DNA of 64,000 nucleotides from assembly GCA_051362555.1 (NCBI GenBank), contig CM120641.1, forward strand, positions 23,318,401 through 23,382,400, read 5' to 3'. This DNA comes from Lingula anatina. Taxonomy: Eukaryota > Animalia > Brachiopoda. A program made the translations under genes and the position numbers. Under the pieces are notes generated by a model that was not told the DNA's origin, ran no database searches, and saw only the letters and a program-made list of their open reading frames with translations. Of the stretch, positions 25,599 to 37,800 are shown one piece after another (the stretch's first letter is position 1; each line of letters opens with the position of its first letter).

Positions 25599-28102
25599 GG
25601 CCTCCACATGTTGCTAACAATTCTGTCTGCCTGCTGCTGCACAGTGGGCTCAACAAGTGTTGTGTTAAAGCTGGTGCAAAATTGACTCTGCTTGGAATAT
25701 GTGTCTGTGCTGAAGTCTTTCCTGACCTCCTTTCAAGTTTAGATTTTCAAAAATTTTTCATAATAGTAATAATGATAATAATAAGTGAAGGGTTTGGATG
25801 TGGAGACATGTTTTCATCTTTTACATATGTATTTAGAATGGTTTGACATTTATTTAATTCGTTGGTTCTGTCAACTGTTGGGACAAAACTGGCTAGTCTT
25901 GGGTGTATAAATAAAGAATAATTTGGTGATATATATGCCCAATAATTAAATAAGCATTTTATTTCAAATAAATCAGAATATCATAGATTAGCTTTGTTGC
26001 ACTTGTCATAAGACATGTTCTCAACATTTGAAATTCTAAATACTTATATTGAATCATAATTTTTGAAGATGAAAATATGTCTTTATCGACAAGGGGGTAT
26101 TTGCTCAGATCTTCCTATATCACCTTAGTTTTATTTTTTCTGCTAATTTGAAGCATATTAAATTATCAACTCTCATACATTGTGGTTGTATAATGTTGGA
26201 TTAGTAAGTGCAATTTATATTTATCATCCTTTGATGACTGAATATTTCATTGAAGGCAGTGGTGCAGTTTTACAGTGCTTGAACATAAATTATTTTATTT
26301 CGAACAAAGTATTCATAATCATGGACTGTAAGTGACTAATACAAGATGAGTCTTTCCTCTACTTTGACTAATAGTCTTCTTCACTTAAATTATATTTTTG
26401 ACCAGAAGGTACCCAATTTTGACACCATTTTTTAAAACTAACATTTATCACCAACTTGAACAGTGAAAGCATGAGTGACTGGAGCTCCAAAGAAATTTAG
26501 TTTCGATTTATTAACCAATTTATAGTGGAGTTTTAGCCATTGAATCCTGTTTGTAAGTTTGAAAGAATTCAGTTCAATTGTCTGTTCATGTTCCTGTATT
26601 TTTTTGTTTAGATATCTTATGATCTCAGACTTCATATACAAAGTTGTGATATAATTTCTTGAAATTTTATGTTGTTTGGTACACGGTGTGAAGCAAGTGG
26701 GCCAAACAAGTATCCACATTTATAGTTGAGCATACCAATATATACGGTACATGTACAGGAATATAAAAATGGCAGTAGTTCCCAGATTGAAGCGACTGCT
26801 TTTCCTGAAACTTATAGGTGACAAGGATTGATCAGGGGGATGAAGTTGCTGCTGAAGAATTTTCCTTTTGCCAATTTTTCATTGAGGGGTTCCCTTCTTT
26901 TGGTTTGTCTTTTTAGTTTAGTTAGACATCAAGCTCTTTGCACAATGCCAGTTATGGTGACCTACTTCAGAAGAGCCATGTGATGGGACTCCTGAACCAC
27001 GCAATGTAAAAGCAGGGCACTAGTTATTTCATTTAGAAGCATGTATAAATTGGCTTCCAGAGGTCTGTGATTCATTTAGGCAGGATGCTGTGTAGATATG
27101 AACCGATACAAAGATTATTGATGCAATGATAAGAATTATTGAACTTGATGTAATTTATAACAAAATAAAAGGACTTAATGAGATGAGTCTGGTGTTTGCT
27201 ATTTTGCCTTGTTGATGTTCTAGTTTGAGAGCCATCAATATTTGTATGTAATAGAAATGGATTAAATGGAAATCGAACAAAACTTCGCACCAAGACTTGC
27301 ACAAACTCGCATTAAAAATATATGACAGCCATATTATTTGATATAATACTAATGATCACATGTCAAGTGCTCGCTAACAATTTACTGATTGAAAAAGACA
27401 TTACCTGATTATGTTGTCCATGGGTAAAGAGCTGGGGGTCAATCAAAGATGTTTTTAGGCTATATGATACTGGTTTTTACTTCCTTTAATAATCTATACT
27501 AGTTAATAATTCTGATGATTCATTTAAATATTAACCAACCGTTTTGCATATTTAGAGCGTAAATAAAATCTCAACAGACATAAGGATCTAATAAAATCAC
27601 AGCATGGTAAAAATGCATACATGTTCATACCTAAAATATTTTTACTTATAAGTAGAAAGTTTGCTAGTACTTTAAAGGGATGATTAAAGTCTGTATTCCT
27701 ACCGAATGCTGCTGCCTCGGCTTTGAGATTACAGTGATCACTCAACAGGGTGTTGCTATCAAACCACCAATATTCTATTAAAGTTAACAATTTCCTTCGA
27801 ATTCTGTTAGAAGTTTACATTGATGGCAGGCCAACTATTCCACTGTCCCTGAGCCCACCAAAGGTAGAAAGTGTATACCTGGTTTCCCAAAGTTTGTCAT
27901 GGGCATTACAGCATTCTTAAAAGAAAACCAGACTACATTTGCTATGTTTAGTGAGCCTAGATGAGATAAACTACAGGGAAGGGCCATACTCTGGAAGGCC
28001 AACCTCTCATGAAATAATGGGTCATGGGCCCAAGATTAAAAGTAATTGCGCTCTAAGCCTCATTTCATGTGTGTAAAATATTTTTAAAAACCACATTATT
28101 TT

Positions 28103-31100
28103 TCATCTTAAGGTTCCATCTGCAGTATCCATGGAAGTTCCCATAGAAAACTCCATGTTGTCAGGATCTGAGGGGCTGTATGAGCTGACAGAGTCTGTGT
28201 GGACAGATTCGCGTTTGACGCGAGGTTGACGTGAAATTCTTGGACGTGGTGACTGGGGAGGTGAGGGAGAAACTGGTGGACGTGGGCTCTGCCTGTGTCC
28301 TGGTGAGCCCGAGGGAGATTTGGGAGATCGATGTGATGTAACTGTAGTGTGTCTAGGTCTAGGTTGTGGCTCTGGAGAAGAATCTCTGTCAAATGAGTCG
28401 CTCCTTTCCAACAGTCTCTTCTGCATGGAGTGTCTTGGAGCAACTACAGGAGATTTGCTGGACAGTGTGGGTGCCAATGGAGGATGGATCCTTAACTTGG
28501 ATGCAGCAGACGACTGGGAATGCTCCGATTTCTTTTCAGATTCTCTGGAATTCTTTGATCTAACAGATGTCTGGGATTGTTTTGAATTGACAGATTTGGG
28601 TGAATGATTTGACCCCACACTCTTTTCCTCTTCTGTTTCCAACAGTTTCTTGTTTTCCACAACAGTGTCTGGATATTCTTCATCATCAGTCTTCTGCCCA
28701 TGATCTTCAAAGTCCTCTGAATAGTCAGAGTACTGGGTGCCATCTTGTTTTTTAGCAGATGTCACACTATTTATGTCATCATCATCATCTTCAGGGAAGC
28801 CTGGGTTATACACAGGTTTCACATTACCTTGTTGTGATGCATCATCAGAAAACACTATACTGACGTCAGATGTCCCTTGGCTAGCTTTATCATACTCCTC
28901 CTCCTCCCCACCTGCCTGTGGTATATGTACCTCAATACTCCTCTTAGATGATGTAGTGAGGCTGTATTGGCTGTCTGGGATGTCAGGGGATTGAACAACA
29001 TCACCACCATGAACAGCTGTTAATACTCTGGTCTGTATAACCAATGGTTTCCTGGAGGCAGGCACTGGAGACTGACGAGAACTTGGTGCAGGAGAATTAA
29101 ACAAGCTTTCTCTGGTAAGATCTCTTGATAATCTGAGGAACAAATGTAAGATTCAATAGACTGTATAATCTGTGTAAAGATAATCAAATCAATCAACTAA
29201 TCAAAGTCCTTCATATATAACATTAATAACAAATTGGGGAAAGTTCATGAAAACATAATCATATCATACAGATAAATCTTAATTTACATTAAAGATACCT
29301 TGGGGTTGGAACAGGCTTTCTGTGTTTCTTTTCACTTCTCTGTATCTCAGCCGTTTCAGCTACTTTTGGTCTTTGAGGGGTACCCACTACTTCTGGTTCT
29401 TGCTCAAATGGTACACCTTGAACTAAGGTAGAGGTTTCTGCAACTTTTGCAAACTCCCTCCTTTCACCCTGGTGTTCATGGTGTACAGGTTTTTTCTTAG
29501 GTCTTGGTGAGCTGAGCTGTTTTTCCATTGTTGCCAGAACCTCGGGGTTGGTTCTTGCCATCCTCAGCCTCTGAGTATTGGTCATCCCAAACTTTAGTTT
29601 TGTCTTGTGCTGACCATAAACTGGAGTTTGTCTTAACCAACCCTTATCCTTTGGTACTTTCTTTTTATGATGGGATGGGTCTTCACATTCATGATACCTG
29701 AAGAAGTTTACGAATTCTCTGTCACTGACTAAGCAGTAGCCCACACCTACACAATACCAACCTGTGACAATTCAATATACCCAATGGAAAGCAATGTGTG
29801 ATTTACTTCTTACAGTAAGAACTCACTAAAATAATTAAGTGTTATTAATCTCCTACATTTATTCTAAGAGTTACCACCATGACAAACCTATGAGTCTTGT
29901 GTGAATGGGGATGTCTAGCAGATCTTGGCTGTTGCTGGATCAGGTAATCATCAGTGGGCTCTGGCTCAACATCAGTCACCAAATTGGGCACTGAAATTCC
30001 CCTCACCAGGGGTGTTTTTGGTTGTTTTCCAGGGGAGACATGATCATAGGGGACATGACGGACCACTGTGACCTGAGGCTTGGACTTCTGGGGTTCAGGT
30101 CGGCTACGTTGGTGTTGCAGGTTTGTTAATTCTCTAAAGAGAGCATTCAGCAGTGGGAAGTTGTCCACAGAGGGTAGAGGCTGGGGAGTCATGTCATAGG
30201 GGTCAGTTCTCCTGACCTTCCACTCTCCAGTGTGGGTCTGTCTGTGATATGTTGTATGGTCATGGACGGGTTCCTCAAGGGAGAGGTCTGAGATCTCACT
30301 CTCAATCCCACTAGCAGTTTCATCAGAAGAGTTATCATATGCATCTTGTTTTGCGTATAAATCATTTAAAAGTTTGAAAGAGCTCCCAGTTTCAGCTTTG
30401 CTGTTGTAAAACAATGGAGGGGGACAATCAATGTTGTTAACAAATATATCATTCAAGGAATCCACATCTGGGTTTATTGATTTTACTTGCAATTGTTTTG
30501 ATTTTTTCTCAGCATCAGTCTGAGTAAACTGTGTTAATAACTCTGGTTTCTTGTTCTCTCTATTTTCATCAGGTTCAGATATCACAACATTTGAGTTTTT
30601 GCCTTTGATCTCCAAGTCTGTCATGATGGTATCAACTGTTTGCACAATATCTTCTTTGTGTTTGCTATCTGTGGCCTCTTTTTCTGGTATCTCCTGCTTC
30701 TGTGTTTTGGTTATTGCCTGTTCTGGTATGTGGGACAGTAAGCTATATCCCAGACTGAACAGTCTGTGTCCCATAGTGATATAACCTATTTCACTCCCCA
30801 TCAAATTATACAGCCTGTATGTGCCTTTCCCTCCATGCACAGAGGGTAAAGATAAACCATTAGCTTTAATATCTGCAACCACGTGGTCAATTGTGTTTTG
30901 AAGAGTAACAGTGCAGCTACCAAGCAGCTTTGGTACCTTAGGATAAGTGTCTATTATCATCACGTACAGTGGCGTGTTGGTAAGATGCATATGGAGTGTT
31001 TCTGCAGAGATTTTGTACAAACAAGATTTGCCTTTCTTGATGGGGAAATTGCCTTGTTTATCTTTCAGTTCGCTGAACTGTGCAGGTATTTCATAAAAGC

Positions 31101-31275
31101 TGTCCATTTCAAGTTTACGCCTGATAGTATCGGCAAGATCTGGATCCACATGATGTATCAAAAGAGTTGGGTAATCAAGCAAACGAAATGCGATGGCTGG
31201 AAAACGACAAGAGACAGCCGGAATATTGAGAAGGTCCACCACAACTTCCAGTGAAAACAAAGAATCCTGGTTCAT
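28103..31275 (-). CDS. MAP10: Microtubule-associated protein 10 (KIAA1383-like), 3 exons, ~938 aa
   Basis: Exons 31275-29888, 29697-29299, 29132-28103 splice in frame. Motifs LFSLEVVVD, PAIAFRLLDYPTLLI, GKSCLYK, LHMHLTNTPLYVM, KLKFGMTNTQRLRM, ESVHTDSVSSYSPS. An alternative extra 3' exon is not excluded. Confidence 0.85.
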
Positions 31276-31830
31276 TTTTCTTTATATTGTTACTCCACAT
31301 TGAGGAAAAAGTCTTCCTGAAGTTGATATATAGTAAAATATCGTAACATGTGCACAAAAGTTAAGAAATATAGGCGATCTACACCAAACAAGTTGCTGGC
31401 GTTGTCCTTCGCCTGGAATTCCCTCCTAATATCTGAAAACGAGACCAGAGGGGAATCCCAATTTTTATTGGTTTAACTGGGTCATATGACACAAAATGCG
31501 CCATATTGGAGAGGCCATAAACATGGAAAAGCCTCAGTGCAGAGCAAATTTTTGCATATTTATTGACTGTTGTTCTGTATAAAGTATGATGACAAACGCA
31601 GTATGTAGGCGAGTTTTACAATGAATGTATACTGCTTCAGAGAAGTATCCAAAGTTATAAAATTAGAGACGCTCAAACGTTTAAGCGTCCAGCCAGCAAT
31701 TGACAGCATAGTCAACAGGAACGTTGAAAGGCCGAGCGTGTTGAAAGGGTCAACTTTGTTGGTTTAAGCCCGTAAACCCCAGCATGAGATGGATTATTAG
31801 AAGTGATACTGGTTTTATGACATCACAGTT
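31276..31830. promoter_or_regulatory. Bidirectional promoter MAP10/FANCM
   Basis: Only 555 bp separate the divergent ATGs. CpG-richer, with ATTGG (reverse CCAAT) at ~31466 and ~31505 and kB-like sites at 31414-31423 and 31450-31459. Confidence 0.65.
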
Positions 31831-34800
31831 ATGAGTAAAAGTAAGCAGACGACCCTTTTCCAAAGCTGGGGCAATAAAGGTGAAGGGGCAAGGCCCAGAG
31901 GTTCCTCACAGAAGCCCAGCACCAGTTCTGGTATCAGTGGCAGTGCTAGTACCAGTGGGGCAAAGAGAACCATTACTGGAGATCCTGTTGATACAGTGGA
32001 ACTCTTAGACAGTGAAGATGAAGAAGACATGTTACTGGCCATGGCCATGGAACAGAGCTTGAAGGAAATGCAACCAGGACAAGATTTGGCAGACCCCAAA
32101 CCCACATGCATAAACCCTTTGCCCGCTTGTGGTAATATTACTAATATTGCTATTTCTGGTGCAAATGATGACCATGCTTCGCACACAGATGTGGCCAGGA
32201 CTGACATCAATAATACCTCAATTGAAGAGATACCTGGTTTTGACATGTCAGCTGGCAGGCTCTGGATCTACCCCACCAACTACCCTGTACGCACATACCA
32301 GTATGATATCGTCCAGCAATGTCTGTATAAAAACACCCTTGTAGCTCTGCCTACTGGCCTGGGTAAGACCTTCATTGCTGCTGTAGTGATGTATAACTTT
32401 TACCGCTGGTACCCTGAGGGGAAGATAGTGTTCATGGCCCCCACCAAACCTCTGGTAGCACAGCAGATAGAGGCATGTTATAATATCATGGGAATACCTC
32501 AAACTGATACTGCTGTTATGACAGGTACACTTTGATTTTCATTCTGGAATATATTATAGTAAATCTTAGCATTGGACTGGGAGATATAATATTTTTACAG
32601 CAACTTTCCAAAATAGTATTACTATAATCAAGTTACACAAGACTTACACAATAAGAATTACACAATAATTTAATATTTTATTTGTACATACAAAATTTAA
32701 GTTTGAAGTGTAAATAAGGTATAAATATATTATTTTTTAATTTTCTAGGTGCAATGCTTCCTCCGGAGAGACTTCGAGCATGGAGCCAGAAGCGTGTATT
32801 CTATCTGACCCCACAGGTGATGACAAATGACCTGAGCCGAGGCGCCTTTCCTGCTGAAGACATCAAATGTTTGGTTGTAGACGAGGCTCACAAAGCTCTT
32901 GGAAACCATGCATACTGCCAGGTGGGTTATGTGGTTGATTTTTTTTATTATAGGTGAAGAATTATTGAAGGTTTATGTTTGAAACTTAGCAAATTGAATT
33001 TAATGGTTTTATTTTGTGCAACCTTTGTCAGTTTGAGATATTAAATGGACTGAAATGTTGAATTGAATCTATTGATTTTATCAAATCTTTTTTCCCTTCA
33101 GGTGGTGAGAGAGCTTGTAAAGTATTCCAGGGATTTCCGTGTTCTAGCCCTAAGTGCCACACCAGGGAGTGATCTCAAGGTAGGTGTTGAAGGGTTACCA
33201 CGCAATTAAAGTTTTAAAAAAGTGATATTCATCATTAAACACTAAAGGTTTTGTATATTTTAAATAATTTTGAAATAATGTCAAACTATAGACAAAAGTG
33301 AATATAACTGTGTGTATTATAAATTATAATACTCCCAGGCAGTGCAGCAGGTGCTGACCAACCTGCTTGTGTCTCACATAGAGCTGAGAACAGAGGACAG
33401 TGCTGATATCAAGGCATATGCACATGACAGAAAGGTGGAGAAAATTGTGGTAAAGCTGGGAGCTGAGCTGGACGCTGTGAAGACTAAATACATGCAGGTG
33501 AATCCATATGTCAGATGAAATTTGATAAGTAAAGCAAATCATTTGTAATTAATAGGTAGCAAAAATGCAGGATACGACACAATTTATTTTGTCTCTCCCT
33601 TAGGTTGCCCTTAATTTGTGATTGAAGGCAAAACACCAGCCACTGCAGAAATACATTATTATTGGCAAATTTGCAAATGGTTGAGCTACACCCTGGAAGT
33701 GAGGTGAAGTGGTATTGTAAAGTTGATCTTAAACTACATACTAAATGTGATGATGTTGTTGAAATGTTTACATTTTCCAGATACTGAGTGTTGTGGTTGG
33801 CAAGCTGGTAAAACTGAGAGTTTTGTATAACAGGGAGCCAACAAGTTTGTCAAAGTTCCTGATTTTAAAAGCAAGGGAACAGTTCAGACAGGACCCACCT
33901 CAACATTTACAAGTAAGTTCACTAAATAATATTATTTCAAAACCAGTTGAAAACTCTGTTGAGTTCCTACATGTCGATTCTTATTTTTTAAAACAACCTT
34001 AAACTAGACAAAACTTTTAGTTAAAATTAATTTTAACAGTGTTTATTACATTTTCTGTCTTGTGGTCTCAGGTTCTTGTTTGGCGATGGATATAGAACTT
34101 AAGTCAGTGATCAAAAAATTGCTTTAATAAAAGCAGTGCTTTGTGTGTGCTCTTTATCCCTCATCTCTGTATTATAGAGACATCAGTATGGCATTGTTGA
34201 GGGAGACTTTGCAATGTGTATGAGCTTATATCACGGCTTTGAGCTCCTGCAGCAGCATGGACTGAGGTCTCTGCACCAGTTCCTGAAGAGTATTGTCAGT
34301 GGAGAAAAGGGACATGGCAGAACTCGCAGTGAGCTGATGAGGAACCAAGACTTCAACGCCATAATGGAGATGCTGGAGGAAAAGTTTGAACCTAAGGCTA
34401 AGTGAGGATTACATACAGACATTAATTTATGGATGTTATGGCACTGGTGTTAAAGAATAATAACATTTAAGGTTTTAACTTTGATTATGCTAATTTTAGA
34501 CTATATAATTTATTTATTATATATATGCACACAGGTTTTACAAAAAAAATCTTGAATACTAAACAGTGTGTTTGAGCCTGAAAAAATTATGAAATCACCA
34601 TTATGGAAATTACCGGTCTTTGGAAAACCATAAGCCAAAAGAGCCATAAGCTAATTAAAGTCTGATGTTATTCACTGCTTATTTTTTAAGAACCTTTAAC
34701 AGGCTGTTCTCTTTATTTTGTAGCCTTGGCACCCAGTCTGGTTCCAGCCAATCAGGACTTGGTCCTGCCTTTGTATCAGGACACCCCAAACTGGAGAAGT

Positions 34801-37800
34801 TACAGGAAGTTGTACTGGAACACTTTAAGAAATTTCAGAATGGTATATATCTTTCAAAGTTGGAATTTTACTCTATTACAGACATTAAGACATTTTCCCT
34901 TTGTGTTGGTGAATATTTCAAAAATTTTATTGCAAGAATAAAGTATCTTAGTTTCAAGTGTCAATCAAATTATATATAAATAAAAAGAAAGACAGAAGTT
35001 AGTAAATGGGAAAAGGAATAGTGTGATATGATAGGTAAAGAATGGCTGACAAAATTTGAAAATTATGTGTACTAGATATGCTTGTTATTTTGTGGATATC
35101 TAGATTATTTCATTATTTTACAGACAGCACTGCCACACGCATCATGATATTCTCCCAGTACAGAGACAGTGTGAAAGAGATCAATGACATGCTGGAGAGA
35201 CACAGGCCACTAGTGAGAGTGATGAGCTTCATAGGACAGTCATCAGCTGGGAAAGCTACCAAAGGGTTTTCACAAAAAGAACAACTTAGGGTAGGGATGG
35301 CACATGAATTTGTACTACTTTTATCTGTAAGCTTTTAAACTCATTGTCTATCCAGGCAAATGGTAATCTTTATCTTTCAGACGAAAGGATTTTGGTTTGT
35401 TACTTTTGTTTGACTTTATTTTTTTTTATAACTTGCACATCACTTTTGTGAAACCTATCATAAATTGTTTATCTGCAAGTCAAAATGATGAGATCACTGC
35501 ACAGTGCAGAAAACCAATTTCACTTCATTCATCTTATGTGTCTCTCCTTTTACCCTGCCAGGTAATGAAGCAGTTCCGAGATGGAGGGTACAACACCCTG
35601 GTGTCCACATGTGTTGGTGAGGAAGGTTTAGACATTGGGGATGTGGATCTTATCATCTGTTTTGATGCTCACAAGAGTCCTATACGCCTCATTCAGAGAA
35701 TGGGGAGAACTGGGCGCAAGCGGGAGGGACGGATTGTCATGCTTGTGACGGAAGGAAAAGAAGAAAATGTAAGTGACAAGTTTGACCAAACCTTTGAATG
35801 AAATGGCTTAAGCTATATTCATTTAAACCAAGAAAAATATTGGTTTGATAGAGAGAACAAAAAGTCTTTGTTTTCAAACTTTCAACATTTAGGTGGGGCA
35901 GGTAATATAGATTACATATTAAAACAATAACCCCTGATCATTTGCAGTCACATGAATCTTGGCAAATTTTTCCATATCAGATTTACAACCAGAGCCAATA
36001 TAGCAAGCGCAGTATCCACAAAGCCATAATGAATGGTGCCAAGACCCTCAAGTTTTATCCCCACAGTCCCCGCATGGTCCCCAGGGGTGTGAAGCCCCAG
36101 TGCCACAAGATGCACATCACTGTCAGCAAGACATTCAATAAAAGTAGCAAGGGAAGGAGAGAGAGCAGTGGTGGTGGGCAGAAGAAAGTTACAGGAATGC
36201 TGGGAGGTTTAGGTGAGTAAATTAAGGGGTTGATGTTTTGACGTTTAAAAATGATACAGCAAAATTGTATCATTTTTGTTCCCTTATTTTCCATATTCCA
36301 TACTGATTCCTCATTGTGCATGCTGCACCCTATCTTTGCTAACTGTTGATACATATGATAACCAGAATTGATTTGACATTTTCTCATATCAGTATCATTT
36401 TACCAGTAGCAAATAAGCTGTATGTCACATTGCTGTATATTTTATCAGTGAAGAAGACCTCTAAAGATGGCGGGCTTACAGATGAAGAACTTTCCTACTG
36501 GTCAGCTCATTACAAGCTGCCAGACAGTGAAACACCAGTCATTCCTACCTCTCGATTTCTTACTTTACCTGGATGCAGGGCACAGGTGAGAAAAGTTAAC
36601 TGATCTTCCACACTCAAACTGTCCTGCTGACTTTCAAGTCTGCACATTGTAACTTTTGATATCAAAGATATTGGGTATTATTCTTGACTTACTCTGTTGA
36701 CTTAGTCTGTTAAGGCTGTACTTTTTTTTTTGGTTTAAATTTTATTTTAAAAGGAGGTTTGAATAAAATAGTGTTACTAGACCTGGTTAAAGAACACTAT
36801 GTTTTGGCCTTAGGGCGGGAGAGAGGCGAAGGAAGCTGTCCAAGATTGAGAAAAATATCAACTCACAAATGTGATGAATTTATGACCAAACAAATACCAT
36901 ACTTAATGATGATGATGATGATTACTAGATATATTATATCATAACATATATATATAAGTATGCCTTTAGATCATTTGGTTAAGAATGTAAATGGACTTAT
37001 TTTGCAGACGGAGGAGGGACTATCAGGGAAGAGGTCCTTGTCCCTGTCAGAGTGGATTCCATGGCAGAATAGGAAGCAGCATAGTCATCTCACTGGCCAT
37101 TCATCATCCACAGAAGACTTCGTGGAGCTGATGCAGTTTTGTGAACTACAAGGTATGCCACATGTTAAATAATATCATTATTTCAGAACTGCGAATTTTA
37201 TAAATATATGAAAAAGAAATGTAGTCGTTATTTCTTGGAATTATTTATAAATATGTGCAACTGAGTAGAAAAATTAACAAGGCAGTCTTTTAAATCTTAG
37301 ATATTATGCTGACTGTGTGAAATAAAGTAGTAAATAGTGTATATAATTTTAATAAATGAGTTAATATTTACTGTTAAAGCAGTCAAGCAATAATTCATTC
37401 TGTTCTTACAGCCACTTTAGGAGATGAAGATGTCTATGGATTGGAAATGGAGACTTACCTGAATGAAGATGACATCCTGAAAGAACCTAATGACCAGAAC
37501 ACTGGCATACTGAAGTTTTGTGCTCCAGTGACAGCACAGAAGACGGGCAATAAAAAGGTCCAGGGTGACCAGATGAAATCAAAGCGACGCAGTGAAAATC
37601 TGCCTGTGTTCAGCTCTGAGACTGAGTCAGACAGCGAAAGTGATCTTCCAAGATTTGGTGCAAAACAAATTAATGTGCTGGTTGACGTGAACATGGAGGA
37701 CGAAATGGCGGACCAAAATGACAGAAATCTGCCAAAACAGTCATCCTCTGGAGCCAAAGAGGCTGACAGTATTTCCAAGAGGGATGAAAAATTCAAAGAA

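Noticed and set aside
26700-27900. Additional MAP10 3' exons
   Set aside because: No donor was found before the stop at 28103, and no convincing in-frame exon was found.
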